64,000 nucleotides of DNA, taken from sequence record OQ990040; one strand, given 5' to 3'. A model generated the notes under the pieces. The model ran no database searches. It was given only the letters and a program-made list of their open reading frames with translations, and had not been told where the DNA came from. This document shows, one piece after another, positions 63,477 to 64,000 of the stretch; the first letter of the stretch is position 1; the number at the start of each line of letters is the position of its first letter. The translations under genes were made by a program, and so were the position numbers. The DNA comes from Escherichia phage SUT_E520.

Positions 63477-63976
63477 TACTTCTTACCTCCAGTAGCTAGG
63501 GAAGTAATTAAGTCCATGTAGTTTTGATCCCCAGCTCCAGCAATAATATTATTCTGGATGTTGGTCTGNNNNNNNNNNNNNNNNNNNNNNNNNNNNNNNN
63601 NNNNNNNNNNNNNNNNNNNNNNNNNNNNNNNNNNNNNNNNNNNNNNNNNNNNNNNNNNNNNNNNNNNNTTCCAGAGAATATCCATAATATCTTGGTCAGA
63701 ACCCATGCCAGTTTCTTCCAGTTCCTCTAGTTTACGCTTGATAACCTCATCTAGAACACCAAATAAACGATCTCTGTTACGGAATCCACTCTCCATAAAA
63801 ATATCGTTTAAGTAATTCTTAACTTCACTACGATTCATAATATCTCGGAAAGCAATTTCGGACATCCCAAGACTACGTGCGGCAGAAGGCACATCGCTGC
63901 CGCACTGTAAATACGCTTCAATTACATCCATCCCTTCAGGGGACATAAGATCTGGTACTAATACATCATTTGCCAT
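63476..63976 (-). CDS. putative terminase small subunit (interrupted by an N-run)
   Basis: Small HTH-like protein ([19 protein letters not shown]) immediately upstream of the large terminase gene with start/stop overlap. Confidence 0.5.
63569..63668. other. N-run (assembly gap) without duplicated flanks, inside the putative small terminase gene
   Basis: 100 N; flanks differ. Confidence 0.9.
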
Positions 63977-64000
63977 ATTTCCTCCTTTAGGTAAGGCGTT

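Noticed and set aside
1-64000. Prophage or lysogeny functions (integrase, repressor, attachment sites)
   Set aside because: No tyrosine/serine recombinase motifs or CI-like repressor seen; gene content and order are those of a virulent T5-like phage.

Overview
This window reads as a contiguous segment of a T5-like virulent siphophage genome (Demerecviridae-type gene order), AT-rich, with no integrase, repressor, tRNA or CRISPR array detected. All calls are from reading the sequence and translated ORFs; no database search was run. Coordinates 1-11,300 carry minus-strand early genes for nucleotide metabolism (PhoH, aerobic RNR NrdA/NrdB with a free-standing HNH endonuclease between them, DHFR, thymidylate synthase, RNase H, a NADAR-domain protein, a DEDDh-like exonuclease). 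Coordinates 11,600-39,000 carry plus-strand early genes: anaerobic RNR NrdD, an accessory cluster (Sir2-like, HAD-like, two tandem paralogs), a 620-bp non-coding region, a primase-polymerase/helicase fusion, a split NAD-dependent DNA ligase, DnaB-like helicase, DnaG-like primase, family A DNA polymerase, SF2 helicase, SSB-like protein, SbcD/SbcC-like nuclease pair, flap endonuclease and dUTPase. After a bidirectional terminator at about 39,210-39,245, coordinates 39,262-63,976 carry the minus-strand late module (terminase, portal, decoration, protease, capsid, head completion, tail tube, tape measure, Dit, baseplate hub, pb4-like, collar, L-shaped tail fiber). Fifteen runs of about 100 N interrupt the sequence; eleven are flanked by an identical 77-nt duplication, which looks like unmerged k=77 contig overlaps and inflates several ORFs by 59 codons each. 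The most interesting candidates for something new are the Sir2-like/HAD-like/paralog cluster, the NADAR protein, and the promoter-driven structured non-coding region upstream of the primase-polymerase/helicase gene.
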